DNA from: a virus
Lineage: Duplodnaviria > Caudoviricetes
Length of the DNA: 58,765 nucleotides
Direction: 5' to 3' (one strand)
IMG/VR virus record: IMGVR_UViG_3300031754_000005
Coordinates: 1-58,765 of that record
The notes beneath the pieces were generated by a model that had not been told where the DNA came from, made no database searches, and saw only the letters and a program-made list of their open reading frames with translations. Position numbers and translations under genes: made by a program. Shown here piece by piece: positions 26,899-36,027 of this stretch (the first letter of the stretch is position 1; every line of letters begins with the position of its first letter).

Positions 26899-29640
26899 TT
26901 ATGACGTTTTTACCGAATAGAGCGAGCATGATCCGGTGTTGATGTTGCCGCTACTGGAATGGACGCGAAGACCCGTCACCGCATTGGTGTCGCCGGTATA
27001 GGTCCCGCCGATAGCAAGCATCTGGTAGATCGAGCCCTGGGTAAACCCATCGCTTATTCCAACAACATCATGATACACGGCCCCTACCAAATTAAAGAGA
27101 TCCCATCTTCCTGAAGTTCCTCTCGTAGTCGCCATCTGGCCAACGCGAGCCAGCGGGATACCGCTGTCGCTATTCGAGCCGAGATCGACGGCGGTGCCGC
27201 CGTTCTGCATCCCCGGCCCGTTCCACGCGTAATTCGCGGTCTGATAGGTAGGTGTCCCGCCGGTGCCGAATTGCAGGTAGAGCGTGACGGCGCTCGTCGC
27301 CGTGATCAGATTGCGACAGCGCAACTCGTAATCGGTCCCGGTAAGTGCCCCCGAGGTCGAGCTATCGAATATCAAGTCCGTCGCGGTATTGCTGGCGGTT
27401 TGCGTCGAGATGAAGGTTGTCGCACCCCCGCCGCTAGCGGTCTGATATGTCGGGTCAGCGGCCGCGCCATTGCTGGTCAAAACCTGCCCAGCCGTGCCCG
27501 CCGCCGTGGCATTGATCCCCGAGCCGGTGCCGAGAAGGATGCCGTGGTTGGTATAGGTGCCGGTGGTGATGCCGTAATATTCGTCGACGACGATGACGCC
27601 GGCATTGCCGGCAAGCCCCGCCGTTGCGCCCGCGCCAGCCGTGCCGGCTGCACCGACCGTATAGGTGTACGTCGCCCCGGGCGTGACGATGATCTGCTGC
27701 AAACACTCGCCGCCGCCGCCGCCGCCCGAGCCGCCAGTCAACACCGAGGCGCTGTTGACGCCGTTTGCGCCCGCGCCATTGTTGCTCGCCGTCGCGGCCT
27801 GGAAGGCGCCGAGAAAGCTGTCGCCGCCGACGCCGCCCGCCACTTGGGCGATCGCACCGACCACATTGCCGCCATCGCCAGCATCCCCGCCGGTGATGCG
27901 GAACCCGCCGGTGCCGAGCGCGCCGGTGCCGCCCTGACCGCCGACCCCGCCGGTGCCGCCGGTGGTCGAGGTGGTGCCGGTGCCGCCGGTGCCGCCGATC
28001 GCGGTGACGCTATTGAAGGTCGTCGTACCGCCGGTGCCGCCGGTGCCAGCGCCGGCCCCGAGGCCGCCCGAGCCAGCACCCGCGCCGCATTGCGTGACGA
28101 TCAGCTTATTAGCGTTGGCGGGCGTCGTATAGGTCGCCGCTGATCCGGTCGTGAAGCGCTGCCGGGTCAGCGCCTGCGAGGTTCCTCCGCCCCCCGATGA
28201 ACCACAAGAAAATGCGTCGCTCGACTGCGTGTAGTTGAGATGGCTGCCGCCGGTATCGGTGCAGTCCGGCACGACCTTGTAGGTGCTGGCACCGGCAACG
28301 TCGACCGGGATGGCGTGGCTCGCAGCACCGGTGCCGAGCTGGGCCACCGAGGCTGCGCCGGACAGATCGGTGAACGCCGGCTGCGAGGCGTGCGGCACCC
28401 CGGCGACGATGCTGTCGAGAAAATTGTGCGATACGGCCGCCAGCGACAGCCCGACGCCGTACACCGTCGTTGAGGAAACCACCGACCCGGGTTGCCAGTC
28501 GAGCGTGGAACCATTGGAGAGCAAACAGCCGCCCAAACCCGGCAGGATAGACAGGCTGGTTCCCGTCACCCCGCCGGGGAAGTTGATCGTCGGCGTGCTC
28601 GACAGGGTGATTGTCCCGGTGCCCTGGTTCTGGTAGCAGGCGAACATCCCATTGGCGAAGATCGTCGCGCTGATCGCCGGGGCGGTGAGCGTCCACCCGG
28701 TGCCGGTCAGATTGACCGTGCCGCCCATGTCCCCCGCCGCGAAGGGATAGTTGGCCGACTTCGTGCTGTCGGGAACGCCGGGGAGATCGGCAGCAGCAAG
28801 CGCACGGAAGGTCGGATTAGCGGCGCTGCCCGAGGACGGCCCGGATAATACGGTGTTGGCCGTCTGGGTCCCGAGCGCGGTCCCGAGGTTTGTCGCCGTC
28901 GGCGTGCCGAGGAATGTCGCGACGCTCGTGCCGAGGCCGCTTACATCGCTCCCGATCCGCACCGTGCAGGTGTTGTTCGCACAGACGATCGTCTTGTTGG
29001 TCAGCGTCTCGGTGCCGGCCAGGGTTGAAAGCGTCTTGTTTGTGCCATCGGACGGTGGGCCGGTGATGACTGTCGTGCCGCTCGGCGCCGGATACTTCCA
29101 ACTGGTGATCGCGGCGCCGGCCTGGATATCGCACTGAAAACCGCCGGCATTGGGAACAAAGCAGCCGATACCGTGATCTGCTGTGGTGCCCGAGGTCGTG
29201 TTGAACCCAGCCCAAAGGTACGGGCTCGCGTTCGCTGCGATCAGCGGCAGCAGAACAGCGGTGCTGTTGAGATAGCTGCCCGTGCCGGTGCTGTTCAGTG
29301 TCAGCGAACCGAAAGCGAGATTGTCGGTTACCGCGCCGATCGTATAGGTCGAACCAAGCGACATCGCGCCCGGCGCGCTCAGCCCGACCCCCGCTCCGGC
29401 ATTGAGGGTGATGCTGCTGCTGCCGCCGCCGACAGCCGGAATCCATTTTGTCAGCGCGGCATTATAGGTCAGCACCAGGCCGTCGGTCGGCGCGTGGACG
29501 CCCGTCACCGCGACATCGCTGAGGGTTGAGAGACTGCCGGCGCCGCCCTGGAGTTGCGCGCGGGCGGCATTGGGCGCGAGCAGCAGAAATACCGCCAGCG
29601 CCGCGACAGCCAGAATTTGCCGCGTGGGGCTAGCTCGCAT
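26899..29640 (-). CDS. Glycine-rich tail-fibre-like protein with signal peptide
   Basis: MRASPTRQILAVAALAVFLLLAPNAARA-Q; LSDV, TLTNKT, poly-Gly, GQVLTSNG fibre motifs; 12 Cys. Confidence 0.8.
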   Translation of the reverse strand: MRASPTRQILAVAALAVFLLLAPNAARAQLQGGAGSLSTLSDVAVTGVHAPTDGLVLTYNAALTKWIPAVGGGSSSITLNAGAGVGLSAPGAMSLGSTYTIGAVTDNLAFGSLTLNSTGTGSYLNSTAVLLPLIAANASPYLWAGFNTTSGTTADHGIGCFVPNAGGFQCDIQAGAAITSWKYPAPSGTTVITGPPSDGTNKTLSTLAGTETLTNKTIVCANNTCTVRIGSDVSGLGTSVATFLGTPTATNLGTALGTQTANTVLSGPSSGSAANPTFRALAAADLPGVPDSTKSANYPFAAGDMGGTVNLTGTGWTLTAPAISATIFANGMFACYQNQGTGTITLSSTPTINFPGGVTGTSLSILPGLGGCLLSNGSTLDWQPGSVVSSTTVYGVGLSLAAVSHNFLDSIVAGVPHASQPAFTDLSGAASVAQLGTGAASHAIPVDVAGASTYKVVPDCTDTGGSHLNYTQSSDAFSCGSSGGGGTSQALTRQRFTTGSAATYTTPANANKLIVTQCGAGAGSGGLGAGAGTGGTGGTTTFNSVTAIGGTGGTGTTSTTGGTGGVGGQGGTGALGTGGFRITGGDAGDGGNVVGAIAQVAGGVGGDSFLGAFQAATASNNGAGANGVNSASVLTGGSGGGGGGECLQQIIVTPGATYTYTVGAAGTAGAGATAGLAGNAGVIVVDEYYGITTGTYTNHGILLGTGSGINATAAGTAGQVLTSNGAAADPTYQTASGGGATTFISTQTASNTATDLIFDSSTSGALTGTDYELRCRNLITATSAVTLYLQFGTGGTPTYQTANYAWNGPGMQNGGTAVDLGSNSDSGIPLARVGQMATTRGTSGRWDLFNLVGAVYHDVVGISDGFTQGSIYQMLAIGGTYTGDTNAVTGLRVHSSSGNINTGSCSLYSVKTS

Positions 29641-30298
29641 CTTCCTCGGCCTCGATTTCGATATCGAAAACCGCGCCGGTCGGGAGCGCCGCGCCATTCA
29701 TGTTGAGATAAAGAAAATCGAGGGCGCCGCGCAGGACGCAGGCGTTGCGGTCGAAGAGCCAGACCAGATCGGTGGCCGCGACGCCCGAGCCGGCGGCGGC
29801 GAGCTGCACCCGCCCGGCTCCCGCCAAGCCGCCGACCTGCGCCCCGAGCGACCCCGGATTGGCGGTGCCGATCGTCGAGACGACCGCCGTTGCCGCGGCG
29901 TAACTGGTGTCGGCTTTGAAGGCGGTGAGGGCGGTGCGCACGAGGCTTGTCGTGTCGGCGACCGAGCGGCGAACGAGCTGCGCCGGCATGTTGCCCGCGG
30001 CGGTCGCGACCCCGCCCACCTTGATGCGGCGGATCCGGATCGTCTTTGTGGCGCTGCCCTGGATCTCGAGGACATCGGTCGGCGTCGCGACCGCCGCAAA
30101 TCCGAGGACCGCATAACGGTAGCCGGGTTTCAACCCCTCCGAAGAGACCGGCAGCGCGACAAGGCCGGGTGCGAGCGTGAATTTGTTGCCGAGCTGGTCG
30201 GCTGGAACGACAGAGGGCGCCCAGTTGCCGCCGACGGCGTTGATGTCCATCGAATAGGGGGCGCCGTTCTTGTCGGTGACGAGAAACGGGCTGCTCAT
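29630..30298 (-). CDS. Putative virion structural protein (beta-rich)
   Basis: Position in late operon; alternating hydrophobic strands; no signal peptide. Confidence 0.7.
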   Translation of the reverse strand: MSSPFLVTDKNGAPYSMDINAVGGNWAPSVVPADQLGNKFTLAPGLVALPVSSEGLKPGYRYAVLGFAAVATPTDVLEIQGSATKTIRIRRIKVGGVATAAGNMPAQLVRRSVADTTSLVRTALTAFKADTSYAAATAVVSTIGTANPGSLGAQVGGLAGAGRVQLAAAGSGVAATDLVWLFDRNACVLRGALDFLYLNMNGAALPTGAVFDIEIEAEEDAS

Positions 30299-30547
30299 CG
30301 GCTCAGAACCCCAGGATCAGCGGATAAAAGGGATTGCTCGGCGGGGCGGGAAAAACCTGTGCGCCGATCGGCGTTCGCGGGAGGCAGAAGAGGCAGTAAA
30401 TCGCGCCGGCGCTCGTCTGGTCCGGCACTCCGGCCAGCCCCTGTTGGGTCACGCCAGCGGCGGCGGAGATGCCGGGCGATTGCTGCGGCTGCGGGGTAAC
30501 CCTGCCGCGGTTCATCGGCGCCCCCGCAATTCGCTCCGGCAGAATCG

Positions 30548-30577
30548 AAAGCGCCCGCCCCGACCGGCGGGCGCTTT
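30548..30577. terminator. Bidirectional hairpin terminator
   Basis: AAAGCGCCCGCC-CCGACC-GGCGGGCGCTTT. Confidence 0.7.
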
Positions 30578-30617
30578 GATCGGGCGCCCTATCTAGGGCG
30601 TAAATAGGGCCTGGTTT

Positions 30618-30977
30618 TTAGGGGCCGGGAGCGGTCGGCGCCGGCTGCTGGGTGAGGCTGGCGGGGCCGAGAGTGATGTCGCCCGGGGCGGCCGGCACCG
30701 GATAGTCCACGGTGAGATCGACCGCCACATCGCCCGTGGAGTCGGTCACTTCGACCTTGATCCCGAGCGTGTTGGCATCGGGGAGCGTCGCGGCCTTGAC
30801 GACGAGTTCAGGGCTGCCATCGGCGGCGGCGTTGACCGTAGCCAAGACGGCCGGGCTGGTGGATGTGGCGGTGAACACTTCCCCAGCGGGGAGCGGTTCG
30901 GTTTGGCCGGTGGCCGGATCGACGATGGAGAGAGGCCACGTGTAGACATCGGTCGGCTTCAAGGTGATCGTGATCAT
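30618..30977 (-). CDS. Ig-like / beta-sandwich small protein
   Basis: Thr/Val/Pro-rich with TSTSPAV motif; AGGAG RBS. Confidence 0.65.
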   Translation of the reverse strand: MITITLKPTDVYTWPLSIVDPATGQTEPLPAGEVFTATSTSPAVLATVNAAADGSPELVVKAATLPDANTLGIKVEVTDSTGDVAVDLTVDYPVPAAPGDITLGPASLTQQPAPTAPGP

Positions 30978-31390
30978 GGGCCGGCTCCTCTTGGTGCGGG
31001 TTGCGTGCTGACGACCATATGGTCGACATCGAGGACTATCGCACGGCGGCGCGGCCGGTCGAGAGTCGCGTCAATCACCTCTTCGACCACCTCCTCGATC
31101 ACGGCTTCGATCTTTGCGTGGTGCGCGCCGACCTGGTGGAGGAGGAGCCATACCGTCTCGCCGGCCCGGCGGAAGACGCCATCGTGAAACGCGGCGGCGA
31201 GGAGGTGATAGGGCAGCGGCTCTTCATCGGGGTCGCCCGACGGCGGCGGTGCGCCGGGAGCGCCGATCGTGCCGGTGCCGTCCGCCGGGTTGCCGGTGCC
31301 GTTCAAACGCTCGATGTGGGTTTGCTTCCCGTATTCGCTCTTATCGCGCAGCGCATTCGGCACGGTGGATCCCGGCCTCGCATCACTCAT
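30974..31390 (-). CDS. Hypothetical protein
   Basis: Overlapping start/stop with neighbours. Confidence 0.6.
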   Translation of the reverse strand: MSDARPGSTVPNALRDKSEYGKQTHIERLNGTGNPADGTGTIGAPGAPPPSGDPDEEPLPYHLLAAAFHDGVFRRAGETVWLLLHQVGAHHAKIEAVIEEVVEEVIDATLDRPRRRAIVLDVDHMVVSTQPAPRGAGP

Positions 31391-31676
31391 CGTCGTCGTC
31401 CTCGTCGTTTTCGAGGCGCAGCTTCTCGATCTGAATTTCGACGCGCTGCCCGCTGCCGTCGTCCGAGACGCTGGTGACGCAGCCAAAGCAGCGCAGATCG
31501 ATCTCGTCGCCGACCTTTGGCAGCGGCAGTTGCGCCTTTTCGAGTTCGCGGCCGGTCAGGCAAATGCGCGTGCCGTAGGGATACTGGGGCTTCTCAGCGA
31601 TGGCTGGGCTCGCCTGGTCCGCCATCTCCTCATCATCGTATTCGAGGTTGATCAGCGGCCCCCATTTCGCCATCAC
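31383..31676 (-). CDS. Capsid staple protein (epsilon15 gp10-like)
   Basis: YPYG-x-x-I-L ... ELEK ... P-VG ... VTSVS ... VEIQI signature. Confidence 0.78.
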   Translation of the reverse strand: MMAKWGPLINLEYDDEEMADQASPAIAEKPQYPYGTRICLTGRELEKAQLPLPKVGDEIDLRCFGCVTSVSDDGSGQRVEIQIEKLRLENDEDDDDE

Positions 31677-32203
31677 GCGCCTCCCGCGGCGGCCATCGCC
31701 GGCGCCGGCGGTTCGGGTGCCGGCGCACCGGCCGCGCCGGCTGGGCCCGCGCCCGCGCCTGCGGCGCCGAGCAACTCCGCCTCATGCTTCATATTGAGGG
31801 TGTGGCGCTCGTGGTGGTGGCGCTCGGCCATGTCCTTGTGGCGCTTCTCATGGTCGCCGACGAGGCCGTGCTTTTCGTGCTCGTGGGTGCGGTGCAACCC
31901 GACGGTCGCGGCATGGTCGGTCATGCCCGCGTGTTCGCTCTCGTGCCGCGCATCCATCGAGCGGTGTTCGTCGCGCTGGCGGTTGTGCTCGTTGCGCCGC
32001 TGACCCTCGTGCTCGACGCGCAACCCCTCGCGCTCGCCGGCGTGCCGCTTCAGCATCTCGCCGCCGCTGGAAGGCGTGTCGCCGCCCGCCTTGTGTGCCG
32101 CGGGCTTGCCGGCGGTGCGCTTCTCGCGGGCGCTCGTCATCTCCGGCGAATCGTAGAGGTCCTCGCCGCGCGACTTCTTCGCCGGCTTTTTTTCGTCGGC
32201 CAT
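31673..32203 (-). CDS. Histidine-rich helical protein
   Basis: 19 His in 176 aa, repeating H-x-x-E pattern; GGAGG RBS. Confidence 0.75.
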   Translation of the reverse strand: MADEKKPAKKSRGEDLYDSPEMTSAREKRTAGKPAAHKAGGDTPSSGGEMLKRHAGEREGLRVEHEGQRRNEHNRQRDEHRSMDARHESEHAGMTDHAATVGLHRTHEHEKHGLVGDHEKRHKDMAERHHHERHTLNMKHEAELLGAAGAGAGPAGAAGAPAPEPPAPAMAAAGGA

Positions 32204-32439
32204 CAAGGCCCTCCGTGTGCTAAGGGAATGCCGCTGCGGCGGCGCGTGAGCGTAGGGAAACCAGCGGTCGTAAAGTTTACCGGCAGCCGTTTTTACCGCG
32301 ATCGAGCCGGCATCGGTTGCGGGAGGCAAGCCGCGGGAACAGCCGAGTGCGCATCAAGGCTGGCGACCAAGCCCGGTAGGACCCTCCCCGTGTGGTGCTG
32401 GCTGTAATCGGGAACGTCGCAGCAAATTGGTCAGGCGGA

Positions 32440-32448
32440 TGCTATGCT
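32440..32448 (+). promoter_or_regulatory. Extended -10 promoter for the tRNA
   Basis: TG-C-TATGCT 11 nt before the tRNA 5' end. Confidence 0.45.
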
Positions 32449-32459
32449 GGCTCTCGAGT

Positions 32460-32549
32460 GCCCGTGTGGCGAAACTGGTAGACGCGGAGGGCTTTAAACC
32501 CCGCCTGCCCCGCAAGGGCTTGTCGGTTCGAATCCGACCACGGGCACCA
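32460..32549 (+). tRNA. Type II Leu-like tRNA with anomalous anticodon loop (TTA suppressor reading or 8-nt loop)
   Basis: Acceptor GCCCGTG/CACGGGC-A-CCA, D arm GCG-AAACTGGTAGA-CGC, variable arm GCCC/GGGC, T-arm GTCGG-TTCGAAT-CCGAC; loop CTTTAAA(C). Confidence 0.9.
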
Positions 32550-32552
32550 ATT

Positions 32553-32861
32553 TTAAGCGCAGCGCCCGTAGCCCTCTTCAAAGGCGCGGCGCGGGCTGAT
32601 CGAGCGGTAGCCGTCGCGATAAAATAAGAGGAAATCGCCGGCGATCGGCATGTAGCGCCGCACCAGAATGCTCTCGACCAGCATCGGGGCAAATCCGCTG
32701 TCCTCAGCGAACGACAGAACCACGCCGCCATCGGCGCGCGGCTCAATCTTGGCAATCCTCAACGCCCAGACTTCCTTGTGCGACTTGTAGCGCGGCGGTG
32801 TCGAGGTGCCCCCCGCGGTCGTCGGCAGATCCGGGCCGGCGTCAATCACAGCAGCCTCCAT
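32553..32861 (-). CDS. Small phage protein (YKSHK-V-AL-I ... GD ... Y-DGY-S-SP-x-x-x-FEEGY family)
   Basis: Characteristic motif; paralogous to 3619-3897. Confidence 0.75.
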   Translation of the reverse strand: MEAAVIDAGPDLPTTAGGTSTPPRYKSHKEVWALRIAKIEPRADGGVVLSFAEDSGFAPMLVESILVRRYMPIAGDFLLFYRDGYRSISPRRAFEEGYGRCA

Positions 32862-33129
32862 CGCACTCGCCCTGGCCGCCGAGGCATTTGCAGCGCCGGG
32901 CGAACTCCTCGGCGACTTCGCGGGCGGCCGAGCCGGCCCGCGGCGGGCGCAGCGGCAATATGCCGGAGAGGCCCGGCCCGACATTGCCGAGGCGGCGTTT
33001 TGCTGCGGCATCGATATTGCCCGCCCCGCCGCAGGTGCCGCAGATTTCAGCCCCGAGCCGCACCAGCGTGTCGACCGCCCTGTCGCGCGGCACGAGGCCG
33101 CCCTTGCACGCCGGGTTTGGGCATTTCAT
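32842..33129 (-). CDS. Small Cys-rich zinc-finger-like protein
   Basis: CPNPACKG and CGTCGGAG; ATGA coupling. Confidence 0.6.
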   Translation of the reverse strand: MKCPNPACKGGLVPRDRAVDTLVRLGAEICGTCGGAGNIDAAAKRRLGNVGPGLSGILPLRPPRAGSAAREVAEEFARRCKCLGGQGECDGGCCD

Positions 33130-33368
33130 CGGGATGCTTTCGAAGACGGATGGTCGTAAAACCCGCCGTGGTGCCAGCTTGCCATCGTCTTGGCGCGAGC
33201 CGCATCGCGGCGAATCGCGGGATTGCTCGATCCCGCCGCCGCGGCGAGCCGGCTCTGTGGGATTTTCTGCCCCTCGGGCACGCCGAGCTCGCGGTGCAAT
33301 TTTCCCTTGGAGCCGCCCGGGTGGAATTCGGCTTTTGGTATCCAGCCCTTTGGCTTTTTCTCCGCCAT
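33126..33368 (-). CDS. Small basic protein ending HGGFYDHPSS
   Basis: GKLHRELGVPEGQKIP motif; Lys/Arg-rich. Confidence 0.72.
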   Translation of the reverse strand: MAEKKPKGWIPKAEFHPGGSKGKLHRELGVPEGQKIPQSRLAAAAGSSNPAIRRDAARAKTMASWHHGGFYDHPSSKASR

Positions 33369-33409
33369 CCCGGTGCTCCGTGACGCGAGGTCGAGCAAAT
33401 TGGGCGAGG

Positions 33410-33604
33410 TCAACGCTTTGCGCTCGATGGATGGTCGTAGAAACCGCCGTGCTTCGTGCGCTGCGGTTTGCCGTCCTTGACCCGCTCGGGCAATTTGCCG
33501 CCCGGATCGGCGTCCGCGAATTCCTTCGCGGCGCGGCCTTCCTTGGTCGGCTTGTCCTTGTTGGCAAAGGCCCAGCGCCGCTGCGCCTGCGAGACGTCCG
33601 GCAT
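33410..33604 (-). CDS. Small basic protein ending HGGFYDHPSS
   Basis: MP-x-x-SQAQRRW ... AKEF ... KLPERV motif. Confidence 0.75.
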   Translation of the reverse strand: MPDVSQAQRRWAFANKDKPTKEGRAAKEFADADPGGKLPERVKDGKPQRTKHGGFYDHPSSAKR

Positions 33605-33607
33605 CGA

Positions 33608-34930
33608 CTACAGCTCGGCCGATGCCTGGATATTGGCCCCGCCGCCGGCGCCGACCAGCTGGCAGGCAAATCCTGCGGTCGTCGAAGCCGTCGTTGCCTG
33701 CAATGCGATCGTGTCGATGGTGTTGCCGATGACCGCATCCTGAATGAGGTAGGTCGAGGCCAGCACAACGGGCGTCACGGTCTTCGACAGGACGGCCCAG
33801 GTCGAGGTCGACTCGGCGGTGCCGCCGATGGTGATCGTCGGCGCGACCCGCATCGTCACCGGCAATTTGATCGCAACATCGCAGATCGTCGCGGTCATGT
33901 AGGCGCCGCCCTGGCTGACGATCTTGGAAGCGGCCGGCTCGACGATCTCGTAGAAATAGCGCTGCTGGAGGATCGTCTCGATCGCCTGGCTGCGCCGCTC
34001 GAAGGCGCTGCAGTTGACCTGACTGTTCGATTGGTTGTCGCAGGAATAGCCGGCCGTGGCGTTCGCCGTCAGCGCCGGGTTGCGCACCAGCGCGATGTTG
34101 CTGAAGGCGATGTAATCGTTGGTGCCGGCGGTGCCGACCGGCGTCCAGCACAAGGCAACGGCGATTTCGGTGGCGCCGGCGGGGATCTTGCCGACCGCCG
34201 CATAGCGGCCCAGCGAGGAGACGCCGCCAAGATTGATGACGGCCGCGGTCGCGTTGGCCTGGCCGGTCCAGCCACCCGAGCCGCCGCCGCCGGCATTAAG
34301 CCCGAACGCCACCGAGGCAGAGCCGGCGACACCCTCATCGGTGCCGGTCCCGGTGATGATGTAGGCCGTCATGTTGGCACCGGCGCCGGAGAAATTCGCC
34401 CCGGTCGCGGCGTGGAAATCGAGTTCGGCGTTCTGCCCCTGGAACTGATAGGCCTGTGCGCTTTCGACTTCCTGCAGCATGCACACCTGCACGACGCCGG
34501 TCTGGCCCGAGGTCCGGGCCATCTTGAAGGCGTATTTCGCGCCGGTCGGCAAGTCGCCCGCGGTCGAGTCGCGGCTGAGCGTCATCGCCGTCGAAGCGCC
34601 CGACCAATAGGCCCAGCGGTCGGGGCCGCCATAGGCGACGGTCGTCGTCTGGCTGGCCCCGGTCGTCGCGCGCTGGAAAAGGTTGGTCGTGGCATCGCCG
34701 CCGATCAGCGCATTCGACTTCCACGGCTGGCCGCCGACATAGCCGGCGAATTTCTGTGCCGTGGCGTAGTAGTTGCCGACGCCGATCGCGCCGTTCGGCA
34801 GATCCTGGATCAGGTCCGCGTCATTGAGCATCGATACCTGTGGCGGCGGATAGGTCTGCGCCAGCGCCGCCGCGGCGACAGCGAGCGCGGCGCAGACAAT
34901 CGTCGCGGCAAGCGGAATAAAACGCTTCAT
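33608..34930 (-). CDS. Signal-peptide beta-rich protein (carbohydrate-binding / fibre-head-like)
   Basis: MKRFIPLAATIVCAALAVAAAALA-Q; N-LIGG, DRW, FERRS...QRYF, MRVAPT, SAEL fibre-domain motifs; 6 Cys in mature part. Confidence 0.78.
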   Translation of the reverse strand: MKRFIPLAATIVCAALAVAAAALAQTYPPPQVSMLNDADLIQDLPNGAIGVGNYYATAQKFAGYVGGQPWKSNALIGGDATTNLFQRATTGASQTTTVAYGGPDRWAYWSGASTAMTLSRDSTAGDLPTGAKYAFKMARTSGQTGVVQVCMLQEVESAQAYQFQGQNAELDFHAATGANFSGAGANMTAYIITGTGTDEGVAGSASVAFGLNAGGGGSGGWTGQANATAAVINLGGVSSLGRYAAVGKIPAGATEIAVALCWTPVGTAGTNDYIAFSNIALVRNPALTANATAGYSCDNQSNSQVNCSAFERRSQAIETILQQRYFYEIVEPAASKIVSQGGAYMTATICDVAIKLPVTMRVAPTITIGGTAESTSTWAVLSKTVTPVVLASTYLIQDAVIGNTIDTIALQATTASTTAGFACQLVGAGGGANIQASAEL

Positions 34931-34994
34931 CGATGAAGCTCCTGAAAAAGGGGCGAAAAGGATCGCGGGCGAGCCCGGGCGGCGCGGCGGCGGC

Positions 34995-35552
34995 CTAGTA
35001 AAGCGGTCGGCAGAACGCGCGGATATCCGCGGTGGCGGCGGCGCCCTGCGCGGTCGTGAGATTGAAGTAAATCACCGGCAGATCGAGCGCGTTGGTTGCG
35101 CCCGCCGTGGCGATTGTCGCGCTCATCGCGCTGCCGGCCGCATCGTTGGCCGCCGAGGTCAATGTGGAATAGGCCTGCGTCGCCGCCACGAGCGCGACGC
35201 CGCCCTGGGCCGCTGCGGTATAGAACCCGCCCGCCGCTGTGGTCAGCGAGAGGCTGGCGTTGTTGATCGTGATCGCGTCCAGCATGTAGAGCGCGGAAGG
35301 CGCCGAAATCGGGATCGCCTGGTCGGCGCTCGCCGAATTGAAATTGGCGCCGGCGAGCTTGCCGCACTGGACACGCGCCGGGGCGTAGGATTGCCAAGGC
35401 GTCGTCGGGAATTGAAAGCCGGGCGAGACGCCGGGCGCCGCCTGCGCGCCATCGAGCATTGCGGCCAGCATGACCGGCAAACCCGCCAGCGCCAGGCCGA
35501 GAGCGAAGGAGAGGGCGGCCGGCAGCAGCCGCCGCCGCAAGGTATGTTTCAC
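34995..35552 (-). CDS. Signal-peptide beta-sandwich protein
   Basis: MKHTLRRRLLPAALSFALGLAL...AQA-A; ANFNS-x-x-DQAI, YF-LTTAQGAAATAD; 2 Cys. Confidence 0.75.
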   Translation of the reverse strand: MKHTLRRRLLPAALSFALGLALAGLPVMLAAMLDGAQAAPGVSPGFQFPTTPWQSYAPARVQCGKLAGANFNSASADQAIPISAPSALYMLDAITINNASLSLTTAAGGFYTAAAQGGVALVAATQAYSTLTSAANDAAGSAMSATIATAGATNALDLPVIYFNLTTAQGAAATADIRAFCRPLY

Positions 35553-35586
35553 GTGGAAACCTCCAGAATTTCGGTCGGGGGAGCGG

Positions 35587-36018
35587 TCAGATCACCGCCG
35601 CCAGCGAGAGCGACATTGCCGCTGCGCCGTTGGTCGAAAACCGCCAATTGATCGTGCCCGAGGTCCAGGCGGTGCAGTTGAGGCGGTAGAGGACGCCCTT
35701 TTCCGGCTCGCCGATAACGGCCGAGATGTCCGTCCCGGTATTCCAGATCGCCTGCTGCCCGGCGCCGCCGATGCCGCAGACAATCCAGGTCGTGCCGCCA
35801 TCAAAGCTGCGTTCGAGGCGCACCGTTCCGACCCAGGCGCCGTTGGGGCCGCCGCTGGCATAGATCAGGAGGTTGCACGGGCCGAAAATCTGGATGGCGT
35901 CCGTCTGTCCGGTGCCGGTGATCGGCGCATTGCCGGCCTGCGCCGACGAATAGACAAAATTCGCCTTGTCGCCTGCCGGCGGGGTCGGGATGTTGGGCGC
36001 GGCGGCCGGGATCCCCAT
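35587..36018 (-). CDS. Putative capsid decoration protein
   Basis: GTV-LERSFDGGTTW ... YRLNCT motif. Confidence 0.7.
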   Translation of the reverse strand: MGIPAAAPNIPTPPAGDKANFVYSSAQAGNAPITGTGQTDAIQIFGPCNLLIYASGGPNGAWVGTVRLERSFDGGTTWIVCGIGGAGQQAIWNTGTDISAVIGEPEKGVLYRLNCTAWTSGTINWRFSTNGAAAMSLSLAAVI

Positions 36019-36027
36019 CGGCGGCGC

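Noticed and set aside
21459-34930. Diversity-generating retroelement as in BPP-1
   Set aside because: No reverse transcriptase motif and no template/variable repeat pair seen
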